From a virus, in IMG/VR virus record IMGVR_UViG_3300025101_000026, positions 20-64,019 of that record: a stretch of DNA of 64,000 nt; one strand, 5' to 3'. The position numbers and the translations under genes are program-made. The notes under the pieces are model-generated. The model did no database searches, was not told the DNA's origin, and worked only from the letters and a program-made list of their open reading frames with translations. Positions within the stretch are counted from its first letter, which is position 1; every line of letters starts with the position of its first letter. This document shows positions 48,278-57,783 of this stretch, piece by piece.

Positions 48278-50741
48278 CGCTATACAAGAAGGTAATTATA
48301 GCAAGACTCAATTCGTAAGAGACGCTAAAAGAGAATTACCTCAATTTATTTCTCCTTATAATGGATTTGAAGATTCAATTACTATACTTAAAAGAAAAGG
48401 TATATTAACTGAAAATAAAACTTTAGAGTACGACATACCGGGAAAAAAATATTCTGATGAGGCACTAAGAAGAGGTGTAGATTATGAACTAGAAGGAATG
48501 GGTTTAATGTCTCAAGAAACTATATCTGAAAAAGATTTTTTCAAAGCTGAGAAAAAAGCTAAGAAAAATTTAGAAAAAGATCCTCTACACTACCTTAACT
48601 TACTATCAGGAGAATCTAATAAAGTCAATAAGCATGATAAAATGATACCTGTTAAAAAAAATAATCACGTAGATGTTTTTAACGGGTTGAAAAAAGCTAA
48701 CTTAAGAGAAGTTAAAAGTTTACTAAAAGAAGGCAAAGTTGAGGACTTAGCAAAAAAGCTTAATATATCTGTAGATCAACTACAAGCAGCTATGGATAAA
48801 ATTAGAAAAGGAGAAGAAAGAGCAGCAGACGCAGCAGCTAAAAAAGCTAAATTCTCTGAAGAAGTAGATGAATCAGCATCTAAAAAATTAGATATGATTA
48901 GACAACACCTTCATAAAAAATTTACTGACCCTAATAATCCTAGCAATAAAGTTATTGATGATGAAATGATAGACGGATTCTTTTCAGTAGCTCCTGACAA
49001 TCTTTTAGATATGGATATGGAGGAAGTTGAAAACGAGTACGATCTTTATGTTGATGCTAATTACGATTTAGATGAAAAGAAAGGCAAAGACCATGACGGC
49101 GATGGAGATATAGACTCAGATGATTATATGGCTGCTAAAGACAAAGCTATTAAAAAAGCAATGGGCAAAGATGTTGAAGAAACTAAAGGAGCTCCAAAAG
49201 GACATTACTTTACTAAATCAGGTAACTTAGTAAAAGGTAAACTAACACCCGATGCTAGAGAAAGAGGTGCTAGATTAAGTGATCCATTAGATAAACAAAG
49301 ATCTAAAGTACCTCCAGTAACTCAATACAACGAAGGAGATTTAGACGTTGGTCATCAAGATGATGAGCCAGATATGCTTAAGCAGTATGCTTATGATATA
49401 GCAACATATGGAGCTAAATTATATAAAAGATTACATAAGTATGATCAAATGGATGGAGAAGTTGATTTTCCAAACTGGTGGCAAGCTAAAGTAATTTTAG
49501 CTAGAGATTATATTTCAAAAGCTCAACATTATTTAGAATTTGAAGAAAAACAACCTGCTATAGATCAAATGGCCTTAGAAGAAGGTAGACGTAGAAAGAT
49601 GAAAGGTGGTAAAGTAGTAACTGAAAACGATTATGAAACTGGAGGATATGTAGAGTCTATGGCACCAATGCTTGAAAAGGCAGTAAGACAGTTAGAAGCA
49701 GTATGGGAAGAGTGGAAAGCTGGACCAGCAACTGAAGCTGCTATGGTACCTCATGCGAAAAAAGATCTAATCAATTATTTAGAAAGCAGAATATCGATGG
49801 GCGAAGAAGTGATAGATGAAGTCTCCGAAGAGGATGAAAAAGTCAAAGAAGCTTTTAAATCTATTATAACTAAAGTTCTTCAAGAAGAAATAATTAACGA
49901 AGCAGCTACAGAAAATTTATCTAAAATGGCTAATCAATATAATGATTTCGAAGGTATGCAAGCAGCTGTAAATGATTTAGAGAATATAGTTACTGATGTA
50001 GAGTCTTATTATGCAAAAACAAAAGATAAAATTCAAAAAGTATACGATAGCTTTAAAGATATCAAAAATACTGAAGGATTAGTTATAGGACCTATGTTAG
50101 GACCTGCAATTGAAACTGCTTTTAGAAAAGATTTGATGCCTGTAACCGAAAAAGGATTTACTAGAGGTTTAGAAATGCCTAAGGTAAAAATGCTTGAAAC
50201 TGATGGAATAGAGGAAGAAGAGTTAGAAGAAAAAGAAACAGTATTTAAACCTATTAATGAAGCTTTAAATAAAGAATTAAGAAAATTTGGACCTGATTTG
50301 AAGAAAAGACTAGAAGCTGCAGGATTTAAAACAGGTTTATTCTCAGGAGAAAATATGGTTCCAGTAGAAGCTCAAAAGAAAATACAAAATGACCCAAGTT
50401 TAGCAGGTATTGCATATAATAAATACCCTGATGGATATGAATTTCTTGAAGTATCAGTTAATAAATCTAAAGCTGATGAGTTAGTAAAAGTTGCAAAATA
50501 CTTTTCAACACCTGAAGGTCAATATGGACCAGATAAAGATGCAGGATGGGTTGTTAAAAACGTTCGTAATGTGAATCCTGGAGACATTTATAGAAGTAAA
50601 TTGGGAGGAATGAATAATTTAGCTACTATTACTTATTTTAGAGCAGAAGAAGCAGGTAGTAGAATGGGTACTGATAAAATAAAATCTACAGATAAAATAG
50701 CTGCAGAAGGTAAGAAGTATAAATACTCTAAAAGAAAGTAA
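48252..50741 (+). CDS. Large charged modular protein (putative prohead core/internal polyprotein)
   Basis: MKTLQEKY start (compare T4 CTS MKTYQEF), many (L/I/V)-x-E junctions, [12 protein letters not shown] Ca-binding-like motif. Confidence 0.55.
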   Translation: MKTLQEKYNAIQEGNYSKTQFVRDAKRELPQFISPYNGFEDSITILKRKGILTENKTLEYDIPGKKYSDEALRRGVDYELEGMGLMSQETISEKDFFKAEKKAKKNLEKDPLHYLNLLSGESNKVNKHDKMIPVKKNNHVDVFNGLKKANLREVKSLLKEGKVEDLAKKLNISVDQLQAAMDKIRKGEERAADAAAKKAKFSEEVDESASKKLDMIRQHLHKKFTDPNNPSNKVIDDEMIDGFFSVAPDNLLDMDMEEVENEYDLYVDANYDLDEKKGKDHDGDGDIDSDDYMAAKDKAIKKAMGKDVEETKGAPKGHYFTKSGNLVKGKLTPDARERGARLSDPLDKQRSKVPPVTQYNEGDLDVGHQDDEPDMLKQYAYDIATYGAKLYKRLHKYDQMDGEVDFPNWWQAKVILARDYISKAQHYLEFEEKQPAIDQMALEEGRRRKMKGGKVVTENDYETGGYVESMAPMLEKAVRQLEAVWEEWKAGPATEAAMVPHAKKDLINYLESRISMGEEVIDEVSEEDEKVKEAFKSIITKVLQEEIINEAATENLSKMANQYNDFEGMQAAVNDLENIVTDVESYYAKTKDKIQKVYDSFKDIKNTEGLVIGPMLGPAIETAFRKDLMPVTEKGFTRGLEMPKVKMLETDGIEEEELEEKETVFKPINEALNKELRKFGPDLKKRLEAAGFKTGLFSGENMVPVEAQKKIQNDPSLAGIAYNKYPDGYEFLEVSVNKSKADELVKVAKYFSTPEGQYGPDKDAGWVVKNVRNVNPGDIYRSKLGGMNNLATITYFRAEEAGSRMGTDKIKSTDKIAAEGKKYKYSKRK

Positions 50742-50744
50742 ACT

Positions 50745-51323
50745 ATGGCAAATGTATTAGTAAATGTAACACCGTTCAAACCTATTCTTCGAGAATCTAA
50801 GGAAAGACCTGGAGTATTTGAAGTAGAAGGAGTTATGCAAAGAGCTGGTGCAAAGAACCAAAACGGAAGAATATACGAAAAAGAACTTTTAGAAAGAGAA
50901 GTTGAAAAGTATATGGAAGAGTTTGTTAAGAATGGAAACGCTTTCGGCGAACTAGATCATCCTGAATCTGCTGTAGTATCTTTAAAAAATGCATCTCACG
51001 TAGTAAAAGATTTACATTGGGATGGAGATGATTTAATGGGTAAGGTAGAATTACTTAATACTCCTGCAGGTAATATAGTAAAAGAAATTATTAAAGCTGG
51101 TCATACTATAGGTATTTCATCTAGAGGTACTGGATCAGTTCAACAAACAAACGAAGGGTATTTAGAAGTTCAACCAGACTTCGAACTAGTTTGTTGGGAT
51201 TTCGTATCTAACCCTTCTACTCATGGAGCATTTATGAACCCTGTATCGTTAAACGAAGGAAAAGCTTTAGCAGACAAATTTGCTAAAGTTAACAGTTTAA
51301 TTAACGATATACTCAGATCCTAA
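50745..51323 (+). CDS. gp21: Prohead protease (T4 gp21-like)
   Basis: NQNGRIY, GELDHP, GISSRGTGS, WDFVSNPST. Confidence 0.9.
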   Translation: MANVLVNVTPFKPILRESKERPGVFEVEGVMQRAGAKNQNGRIYEKELLEREVEKYMEEFVKNGNAFGELDHPESAVVSLKNASHVVKDLHWDGDDLMGKVELLNTPAGNIVKEIIKAGHTIGISSRGTGSVQQTNEGYLEVQPDFELVCWDFVSNPSTHGAFMNPVSLNEGKALADKFAKVNSLINDILRS

Positions 51324-51829
51324 TGAAACTTTCTCAAATTATATTTGAAAACGATGAAAAAGAACTAGCTTTAAGTTTTAAAGCGGCTTTGGATAAAGAA
51401 ATGGAAGATGGTAAACTCGATGAGATTGCCATTTCAGCATTAGGTGTATTGACTTGGGCTTTAGCATCTAATACAGTACTAAACATGCTAGGTAAATATG
51501 CTAGCAAAAAGTTAAAGAAAATAGGTTTTGATAAAACTGCTGATAAAGCATCTGCATTACAAAACTGGGCTCATAACAATGAACAAAACTTTATTAGATT
51601 TATAGGAGGGATTATTAGCCCTTTCGTAAAAGATGTCCAGAAAAGAAAAACAGTGGCTAAAGGATTATTTTTATTAGTATTAGTTGGTTTAGGTATAAAA
51701 GCGGGGGTTGGAGTAGCTAAAGCATTAAAAGCTACGAGTGCTAGTAGTGCTACAGTAGCAGCTCTTAAAGGTGCATTAAAAGGTAGAGATATAGCTAATA
51801 TAGGAAAAGAATTAGCTGCAGCACTTTAA
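51323..51829 (+). CDS. Hydrophobic/amphipathic protein with MKLSQIIFE leader
   Basis: Charged leader to LDE, then IAISALGVLTWALAS and GLFLLVLVGLGIKAGVGVA hydrophobic segments. Confidence 0.55.
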   Translation: MKLSQIIFENDEKELALSFKAALDKEMEDGKLDEIAISALGVLTWALASNTVLNMLGKYASKKLKKIGFDKTADKASALQNWAHNNEQNFIRFIGGIISPFVKDVQKRKTVAKGLFLLVLVGLGIKAGVGVAKALKATSASSATVAALKGALKGRDIANIGKELAAAL

Positions 51830-51853
51830 TTTTAGTTTTTTGTAAATAGTATA

Positions 51854-51861
51854 TATTTATA
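51854..51861 (+). promoter_or_regulatory. Putative late promoter TATTTATA for scaffold-MCP operon
   Basis: Intergenic, 95 nt before ATG 51957. Confidence 0.55.
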
Positions 51862-51956
51862 TACGAATATACAGTTCCTTATACTGTATCAAAGAAATTA
51901 AAAAACTTCACATTACGATTTAAAATAATCGTACGAAATCACAAATTTTATTAAAA

Positions 51957-53291
51957 ATGGCAAACAAAGATTTATTCAAGCAAGCTATTGCTGAAGCTAA
52001 ATCTGTAAGAGAAGCCGCTATTGCTAACGCTAAAGAAGCTTTAGAAGAGACTTTAACTCCTCATCTTAAAGATATGTTAGCTGCTAAACTTCAAGAGATG
52101 GAAGATTCCACTGTAGAAGAAGAAGTAGTAAACGAAATCGAAGGAGAGGTAGAAGAAGGAATGGATAAAGACAAAAAAGACGAAGCTATAGAGGAAGATA
52201 TTGCAGAAGTAGAAGAAGCAATGGAAGGCGAAGATGATGCTGACCATGATTCAGAAGAATCTGATGAGGAAGCAGAAGACGATCTAGAGGTAAAAGACAT
52301 GGAAGTCGACGACCTTAAAGACCTAATTCGTGATATCATAGCACAGGAAATGGGCGATGGAGCAGCTGACGATGAACTCCCAGTTGATGACATGCCTGCT
52401 GATGATATGGTAGGAGCGGATGACGAAGAAGAAATCGACTTAGACGAACTTCTTAAAGAAATCGCTGAAATATCTGAAGAAGATAAGAAAGAAAAAAAGA
52501 TGGAAGAAGAAGTAGAAGAAGGTAAGAAAGAAGAAATGGACGAAGCTAAACATGACGACGACATGGATGAGGCTATGCACCACGACAAAAAAGACGAGGC
52601 TATGCATCATGATAAAAAAGATGAAGCAATGCACGACGACAAAGAAAAAATGGAAGAAGCACCACTTAACGAGTTTGGCGGTGTTGATCCTGTTACTGTT
52701 GCATTAGGTATTGCAGCTGTCTTTGGAGGATCTGCTCTTACTGTAAAGCTAATGGATGACGCTAAAGCTGGTAAGTATGGTGATATGGGTAAAAAGATTG
52801 CAGCACATTTTGAAGAAATGGGCAAAGCAGCTGGAGACGCAGTACATCACCGTAGAGAAGAAGTAGAAGAAGCTATGAAAGATAAGGACATGGACGAAGC
52901 AATGAAAGACAAGGACATGGACGAAAATACTGAATTAGAAGAAGCTATGGAAACTATTACTAACTTAAAAGGTCAACTACAAGAAGTTAATCTTCTAAAT
53001 GCTAAGTTACTTTATGTAAATAAAGTCTTCAAAGCAAATAATTTAACTGAATCTCAAAAAGTAAATGTTATCGCTGCATTCGATAAAGCTGAGACAGTTA
53101 AAGAAGTAAAATTAGTATTCGAGACTGTTGCTGATAATGTAGTTACTAAATCTACAAAAAGCACAATCAAAGAAGCTAAATTAGGTATGGCTAGTAAAGC
53201 TACAGGAACAACTGCTTCTAAACCAGAAGTAATTGCAGAAGTAAGCGATACTGTCAGAAGAATGCAAAAATTAGCTGGAATTATTAAATAA
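51957..53291 (+). CDS. Prohead scaffold/core protein (gp22-like)
   Basis: Highly acidic coiled coil between protease and MCP; EVNLLNAKLLYVNK and RMQKLAGIIK at the C-terminus. Confidence 0.75.
   Translation: MANKDLFKQAIAEAKSVREAAIANAKEALEETLTPHLKDMLAAKLQEMEDSTVEEEVVNEIEGEVEEGMDKDKKDEAIEEDIAEVEEAMEGEDDADHDSEESDEEAEDDLEVKDMEVDDLKDLIRDIIAQEMGDGAADDELPVDDMPADDMVGADDEEEIDLDELLKEIAEISEEDKKEKKMEEEVEEGKKEEMDEAKHDDDMDEAMHHDKKDEAMHHDKKDEAMHDDKEKMEEAPLNEFGGVDPVTVALGIAAVFGGSALTVKLMDDAKAGKYGDMGKKIAAHFEEMGKAAGDAVHHRREEVEEAMKDKDMDEAMKDKDMDENTELEEAMETITNLKGQLQEVNLLNAKLLYVNKVFKANNLTESQKVNVIAAFDKAETVKEVKLVFETVADNVVTKSTKSTIKEAKLGMASKATGTTASKPEVIAEVSDTVRRMQKLAGIIK
52536..52661 (+). repeat. Imperfect tandem repeats encoding DEAMHHDKK-like units in the scaffold
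   Basis: MDEAKHDDD MDEAMHHDKK DEAMHHDKK DEAMHDDKEK; also EAMKDKDMD twice near 52868-52924. Confidence 0.75.
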
Positions 53292-53314
53292 ATTTAAAAA
53301 GACAAATTTTAATC

Positions 53315-55015
53315 ATGGAAATTAATCAATTATTAGAAGGGTCTAACAACTTCAAGAACGTACAAGCTGATGCTGCACGTCTTGCTGATAAGTGGGCTCA
53401 ATCTGGACTCTTAGAAGGATATTCTAACGAGATCGAGAAAAATAACATGGCTATGATCTTAGAAAACCAAGCAAAGCAAATCGTTGCAGAGCAATCATCT
53501 AACAATCAAGGTGGTGCTTCTCACGGTGGTGGAGCTGGTGAGCAGTGGGCAGGAGTTGCTTTACCTTTAGTAAGAAAGGTATTCGCTCAAATCGCTGCTA
53601 AAGACTTTGTATCAGTACAGCCAATGAACCTTCCTTCAGGTCTAATTTTTTACTTAGACTTTAAGTATGGTACTAGTACTGCGAATAATCAATTCGAAGC
53701 ACTAGATAATATGTACGGTAACGTATCTACTGCTCTTTCAAAAATGGAAGAAGATATCGACGTAAAAGGTGGATTATATGGAGCAGGAAGATTTGCTTAC
53801 TCTGTAAGTTCATCTATAAAAGCAGGTTTACAAATGCAAGCGAACTCAGCTGCTTTAGCAACTACTAAGTTCCAAACTGCTTCTGTAAACTTAAATTCAG
53901 ATTTTTACAGATTTAATTTTGACCAAGACTTTTCATCATCTATTGCTGCATTAGGAAGTGGTTCACAAGTTAAAGCTGTAACAGTTTTAAGTTCAGACTT
54001 AGAGCGTCCTGATTTAACTGCATTAAGAGCTTTCAACTTAGAAAGTACAAATGCTGGAGATGTACAAGAAGTATTCGGTAAGTTAACTAAGCACGATCCT
54101 GCTACTAACGTAATAACGTTCATCGTTATTGAATCAGCAGCAGCAGCGATTGATAGTAATACAAGACTTACAGTATCAGCACCTACTCAGCCAACTGAGA
54201 ACCAAAGAGGTGACTTTGAAGACAATCCTGCAGGTGCTATCAGCATCCCAGAAATCAACGTAGAGCTTTCTTCAGAAGCTATTGTTGCTAAAACTAGAAA
54301 GTTAAAAGCACAATGGACTCCAGAATTTGCTCAAGATCTTAACGCTTACCACAGTATTGATGCTGAGGCTGAGTTAACTTCTTTATTGAGTGAGTATATC
54401 TCAATGGAAATTGATCTAGAGATTTTAGGTATGTTAATTGAAAATGCTGTAACAACTGAAAGATGGTCAGCTTCAAGTAACAAAGTATGGGGCGGATCAA
54501 CAACTGCTGCAGGTGGTGCTTGGACAACTAGCGCTGTAGATGGCGGTGGATACTATAATACTCAAGGACAGTGGTTCCAAACTTTAGGAACTAAAATCCA
54601 AAAAGTATCTAACAAAATTCATCAAAAAACTCTTAGAGGTGGAGCTAACTTCTTAGTTGTATCTCCAACAGTTTCAACTATCCTAGAATCTATTCCAGGA
54701 TATGCAGCTGGAGATCCAGGTGATAAGATGGATTACGCTTTCGGAGTACAGAGAGTAGGTCAATTTAACGGAAGATATAAAGTATATAAGAACCCTTATA
54801 TGACTGAAAACACAATCCTTATGGGATACAGAGGTTCTCAGTTCTTAGAGACTGGTGCGGTATATGCTCCTTATGTTCCATTAATGATGACTCCTCTAGT
54901 ATACGATCCAAATACCTTTACACCAAGAAAAGGTATCATGACTCGTTATGCTAAGAAGATGATCAGACCAGAATTCTACGGTAAGATTTTTGTTAGCGAT
55001 GTAGCTACTATCTAA
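53315..55015 (+). CDS. gp23: Major capsid protein (T4 gp23-like)
   Basis: VSVQPMNLPSGLIFYL, AKTRKLKAQWTPEFAQDLNAYH, VYAPYVPL, GIMTRYA. Confidence 0.95.
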   Translation: MEINQLLEGSNNFKNVQADAARLADKWAQSGLLEGYSNEIEKNNMAMILENQAKQIVAEQSSNNQGGASHGGGAGEQWAGVALPLVRKVFAQIAAKDFVSVQPMNLPSGLIFYLDFKYGTSTANNQFEALDNMYGNVSTALSKMEEDIDVKGGLYGAGRFAYSVSSSIKAGLQMQANSAALATTKFQTASVNLNSDFYRFNFDQDFSSSIAALGSGSQVKAVTVLSSDLERPDLTALRAFNLESTNAGDVQEVFGKLTKHDPATNVITFIVIESAAAAIDSNTRLTVSAPTQPTENQRGDFEDNPAGAISIPEINVELSSEAIVAKTRKLKAQWTPEFAQDLNAYHSIDAEAELTSLLSEYISMEIDLEILGMLIENAVTTERWSASSNKVWGGSTTAAGGAWTTSAVDGGGYYNTQGQWFQTLGTKIQKVSNKIHQKTLRGGANFLVVSPTVSTILESIPGYAAGDPGDKMDYAFGVQRVGQFNGRYKVYKNPYMTENTILMGYRGSQFLETGAVYAPYVPLMMTPLVYDPNTFTPRKGIMTRYAKKMIRPEFYGKIFVSDVATI

Positions 55016-55043
55016 TCTAACTTAGATTTTCTATAAATTAAAA

Positions 55044-55070
55044 GAGAGGCTTTCGGGCCTCTTTTTTTTT
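55044..55070 (+). terminator. Rho-independent terminator after the MCP gene
   Basis: GAGAGGCT-TTCG-GGCCTCTT hairpin followed by a T-tract. Confidence 0.85.
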
Positions 55071-55093
55071 GGTTATATACTTTATTTTTACGA

Positions 55094-55101
55094 TATTTAT
55101 A
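55094..55101 (+). promoter_or_regulatory. Putative late promoter TATTTATA before phoH
   Basis: Just after the MCP terminator. Confidence 0.55.
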
Positions 55102-55124
55102 TAAGTAACCAATATTGTTATTAT

Positions 55125-55811
55125 ATGCCTTCAAAACACCACACTGACGACGTGTTCGTTCAAAAAAGAAGACCAAAAAGACCTATTAAATTTAACATTC
55201 AGCTTAACGAAGAGCAAAAACAAGCAAAAGCTTTAATTATAGATAATCCTATAACTATGCTTAAAGGTATGGCTGGTTCAGGTAAAACACTTGTTGCTAC
55301 TCAAGTAGCATTAGATATGCTTTTTACAAAGCAAGTTGATAAAGTAATTATTACCAGACCAACCGTAGCTAAAGAAGAAATAGGATTTTTACCAGGAGAT
55401 ATAAGAGAAAAGATGGACCCTTGGTTAGCTCCAATATATCATAACTTATTTATGCTATATAATGAAGTTAAAGTACGTAAAGAAATAGAAGCAGGAAATA
55501 TCGAAATAGTACCATTTGCTTTTATGAGAGGAAGAACTTTTGTAAATTCATTCGTTATAGTAGATGAAGCTCAAAACGTAACTCATAGTCAAATGGAAAC
55601 TGTAATAGGTAGATTAGGTCAAGGTTCTAAAATGGTAATATGCGGAGATTTAGCACAAATAGATTTAAAAAATAAAAGAGATACTGGTTTTTCTTTTTTA
55701 GCTAGACTTGAAGAAAATGTAGCTGGATTTAAAACAGCCTCATTAGAATATAACCATAGACATCATATTGTTGCACCTATACTTGAAGTATATAAAACCT
55801 TCAGGGATTAA
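55125..55811 (+). CDS. phoH: PhoH-family ATPase
   Basis: GMAGSGKT, IITRP, IGFLPGDIREKMDPW, FMRGRTF, IVDEAQN, TRLG-like GRLGQGSKMVICGD..QID. Confidence 0.9.
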   Translation: MPSKHHTDDVFVQKRRPKRPIKFNIQLNEEQKQAKALIIDNPITMLKGMAGSGKTLVATQVALDMLFTKQVDKVIITRPTVAKEEIGFLPGDIREKMDPWLAPIYHNLFMLYNEVKVRKEIEAGNIEIVPFAFMRGRTFVNSFVIVDEAQNVTHSQMETVIGRLGQGSKMVICGDLAQIDLKNKRDTGFSFLARLEENVAGFKTASLEYNHRHHIVAPILEVYKTFRD

Positions 55812-55815
55812 TTGC

Positions 55816-55823
55816 TATTTATA
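55816..55823 (+). promoter_or_regulatory. Putative late promoter TATTTATA before neck operon
   Basis: Intergenic; part of the palindrome TATTTATAAATA. Confidence 0.55.
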
Positions 55824-55839
55824 AATAAACTATACAAAA

Positions 55840-56265
55840 ATGGCTAACTTTACATACTTTATAAGAGAAAGAGTAAAACTCAACGGACTAGAAAGAGGTA
55901 CTAGTGTTGAAAAAACTATCACTGGTGTTAACTTTGCTGATAGTAGAGTAATGACTATACCTACAGGTTCAGTAACTGAAATAATAAATTTAAATAATCT
56001 TCCAGGAGCAGGTACTTTTGTTTCAAGTAGTGTTAAGTATGCAAGAATAACTAACTTATCTACAGGTTCAATAAATTTAGAAGTTTCTGGTTCTTTATCA
56101 ACTATGCATTTTCTAGTTTCAGGAAGCGGTACTTTTATGTTTAGTACTGAATTTGTTGATAGTGGAAGTTTTGACCCTAGTTTTAGTTACGGTGATTTAA
56201 AAGCTGTAAAAGGTAGCCCTACGGATACAAGCGCAACTTTAAGTTATTTTATTTGTACAACTTAA
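55840..56265 (+). CDS. Putative structural protein
   Basis: 141 aa, beta-rich, TATTTATA upstream, precedes the neck genes. Confidence 0.5.
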   Translation: MANFTYFIRERVKLNGLERGTSVEKTITGVNFADSRVMTIPTGSVTEIINLNNLPGAGTFVSSSVKYARITNLSTGSINLEVSGSLSTMHFLVSGSGTFMFSTEFVDSGSFDPSFSYGDLKAVKGSPTDTSATLSYFICTT

Positions 56266-56275
56266 TTTATAAATT

Positions 56276-57475
56276 ATGGCTGAAATTCAAATATGGGACG
56301 GTACTACTAATTTCGTAGCCGGGGAGTCTACTCCTTTCGGATTTTACGATGATGATTTAGCATTTCAAGAAGATGCTCCTAAAGTAGCTCGTTACTGTGC
56401 TGAAAAGCTTGGGTATCCTGTATTGGATATAGAGCTTAATGAAAAACAATTTTATACTGCTTTTGAAGAAGCTGTAACTGCTTACGGTAAAGAAGTAATA
56501 GAAGCCATAGCAGCTGAAACAGTATCAAGTCAAATCGGAGGTTCAGCTTCAGGAACTGCTGTTAATCAAACTTTATTCAAACCTAGTTTAAAAAGTGTAA
56601 TAGAAACTAGTAAGCAGTACGGTATGGAAGCTGGTGTAGGAGGAGATGTAGATATGAAAAGTGCTCTGATAGATTTAGTAGCTAATCAACAACAGTATGA
56701 TTTAGAAACTTTGATAGACGATGGAGATATAGAAATAAGAAAAATATTTTATGAAGCACCACCAGCTATTTTAAGATACTTTGACCCTTATGCTGGTACA
56801 GGTACAGGTATTCAATCACTAATGGATGCATTTGATTTCGGTTCATTTAGTCCTGGTGTAAATTTCTTATTAATGCCTGCATCTTATGATATGTTAAAAG
56901 TACAGGCTATAGAATTCAACGATCAAATAAGAAGATCAGCATATTCGTTCCAAATAAATAATAATAAGTTAAGAATATTTCCTGTTCCAAAAGAAGCAGG
57001 TAAATTAAGAGTTGAGTATTATAGAGTAGACGATAAAACTTACGATACTAATGACGGTGTAGATTTTGAAGCAAGTGCTAATACACAAGGTTCGGTATCA
57101 GGAACAGGAGGAAGTACAGGTACTACAGGAGTCTCAACTAATATATCAAACGTAAATGCTCAAAATTTAGTATATACTGAAATAAATGCTATTGGTAGAC
57201 AATGGATATTCAAATATACAGTGGCTACTTGTAAAGAAATGCTAGCGTATATTAGAGGTAAGTACCAAACAGTACCAGTACCAGGAGCTGAAGTAACTAT
57301 GAATGCAGCAGATTTGCTAGCTGATGCAAGAGAAGAGAAAGTATTTTTAGTAGAAGACTTGAAAGCTACTATGCAAACAGCTTCTATGACTAATCAATTA
57401 GAATTAGCAGCTACTCAAACTAAATTTATTAACGATGCAATGCAAGGAGTACCTATGCACATCTATATAGGATAA
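56276..57475 (+). CDS. Neck protein (gp13-like head-tail adaptor)
   Basis: KLGYPVLDIELNEKQ...FEEA, WIFKYTVATCKEMLAYIRGKY, VTMNAADLL; located after the capsid genes. Confidence 0.7.
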   Translation: MAEIQIWDGTTNFVAGESTPFGFYDDDLAFQEDAPKVARYCAEKLGYPVLDIELNEKQFYTAFEEAVTAYGKEVIEAIAAETVSSQIGGSASGTAVNQTLFKPSLKSVIETSKQYGMEAGVGGDVDMKSALIDLVANQQQYDLETLIDDGDIEIRKIFYEAPPAILRYFDPYAGTGTGIQSLMDAFDFGSFSPGVNFLLMPASYDMLKVQAIEFNDQIRRSAYSFQINNNKLRIFPVPKEAGKLRVEYYRVDDKTYDTNDGVDFEASANTQGSVSGTGGSTGTTGVSTNISNVNAQNLVYTEINAIGRQWIFKYTVATCKEMLAYIRGKYQTVPVPGAEVTMNAADLLADAREEKVFLVEDLKATMQTASMTNQLELAATQTKFINDAMQGVPMHIYIG

Positions 57476-57780
57476 TGAAATTAATAAACATAATATCAGA
57501 AATACAGTTTTCTATTTACCAAGCAATGGTTAGAATAGGACATTCTGAAGATGTAACCGTACAGGATATAGGAGAAATGCTTAGAGCCATGCCCGGAGTT
57601 TTAACCGTAGGTCAGGTATCTCACGATAGTAATAATAATACTGCTATTATGAAAGTTAAGCTTTTAACAACTAAACCTGCTAGTGAAGCTTTTTCTTCAT
57701 TTAAAAATACTTCTATAAAAAGAATACCTGAAGTAAAAAGAGTAGAAGTAGCTGAAAAAACAATTGAAAAGAAAAAATAA
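57475..57780 (+). CDS. Small protein with MKLINIISE leader
   Basis: 101 aa; ferredoxin-like alpha/beta pattern (IGEMLRAMPGVLTV). Confidence 0.5.
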   Translation: MKLINIISEIQFSIYQAMVRIGHSEDVTVQDIGEMLRAMPGVLTVGQVSHDSNNNTAIMKVKLLTTKPASEAFSSFKNTSIKRIPEVKRVEVAEKTIEKKK

Positions 57781-57783
57781 TAT

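Noticed and set aside
53803-54180. Extra segment within the major capsid protein as an intein or mobile insert
   Set aside because: No Cys/Ser...His-Asn splice motifs or endonuclease motifs; the position fits the variable insertion domain of gp23-type capsids.
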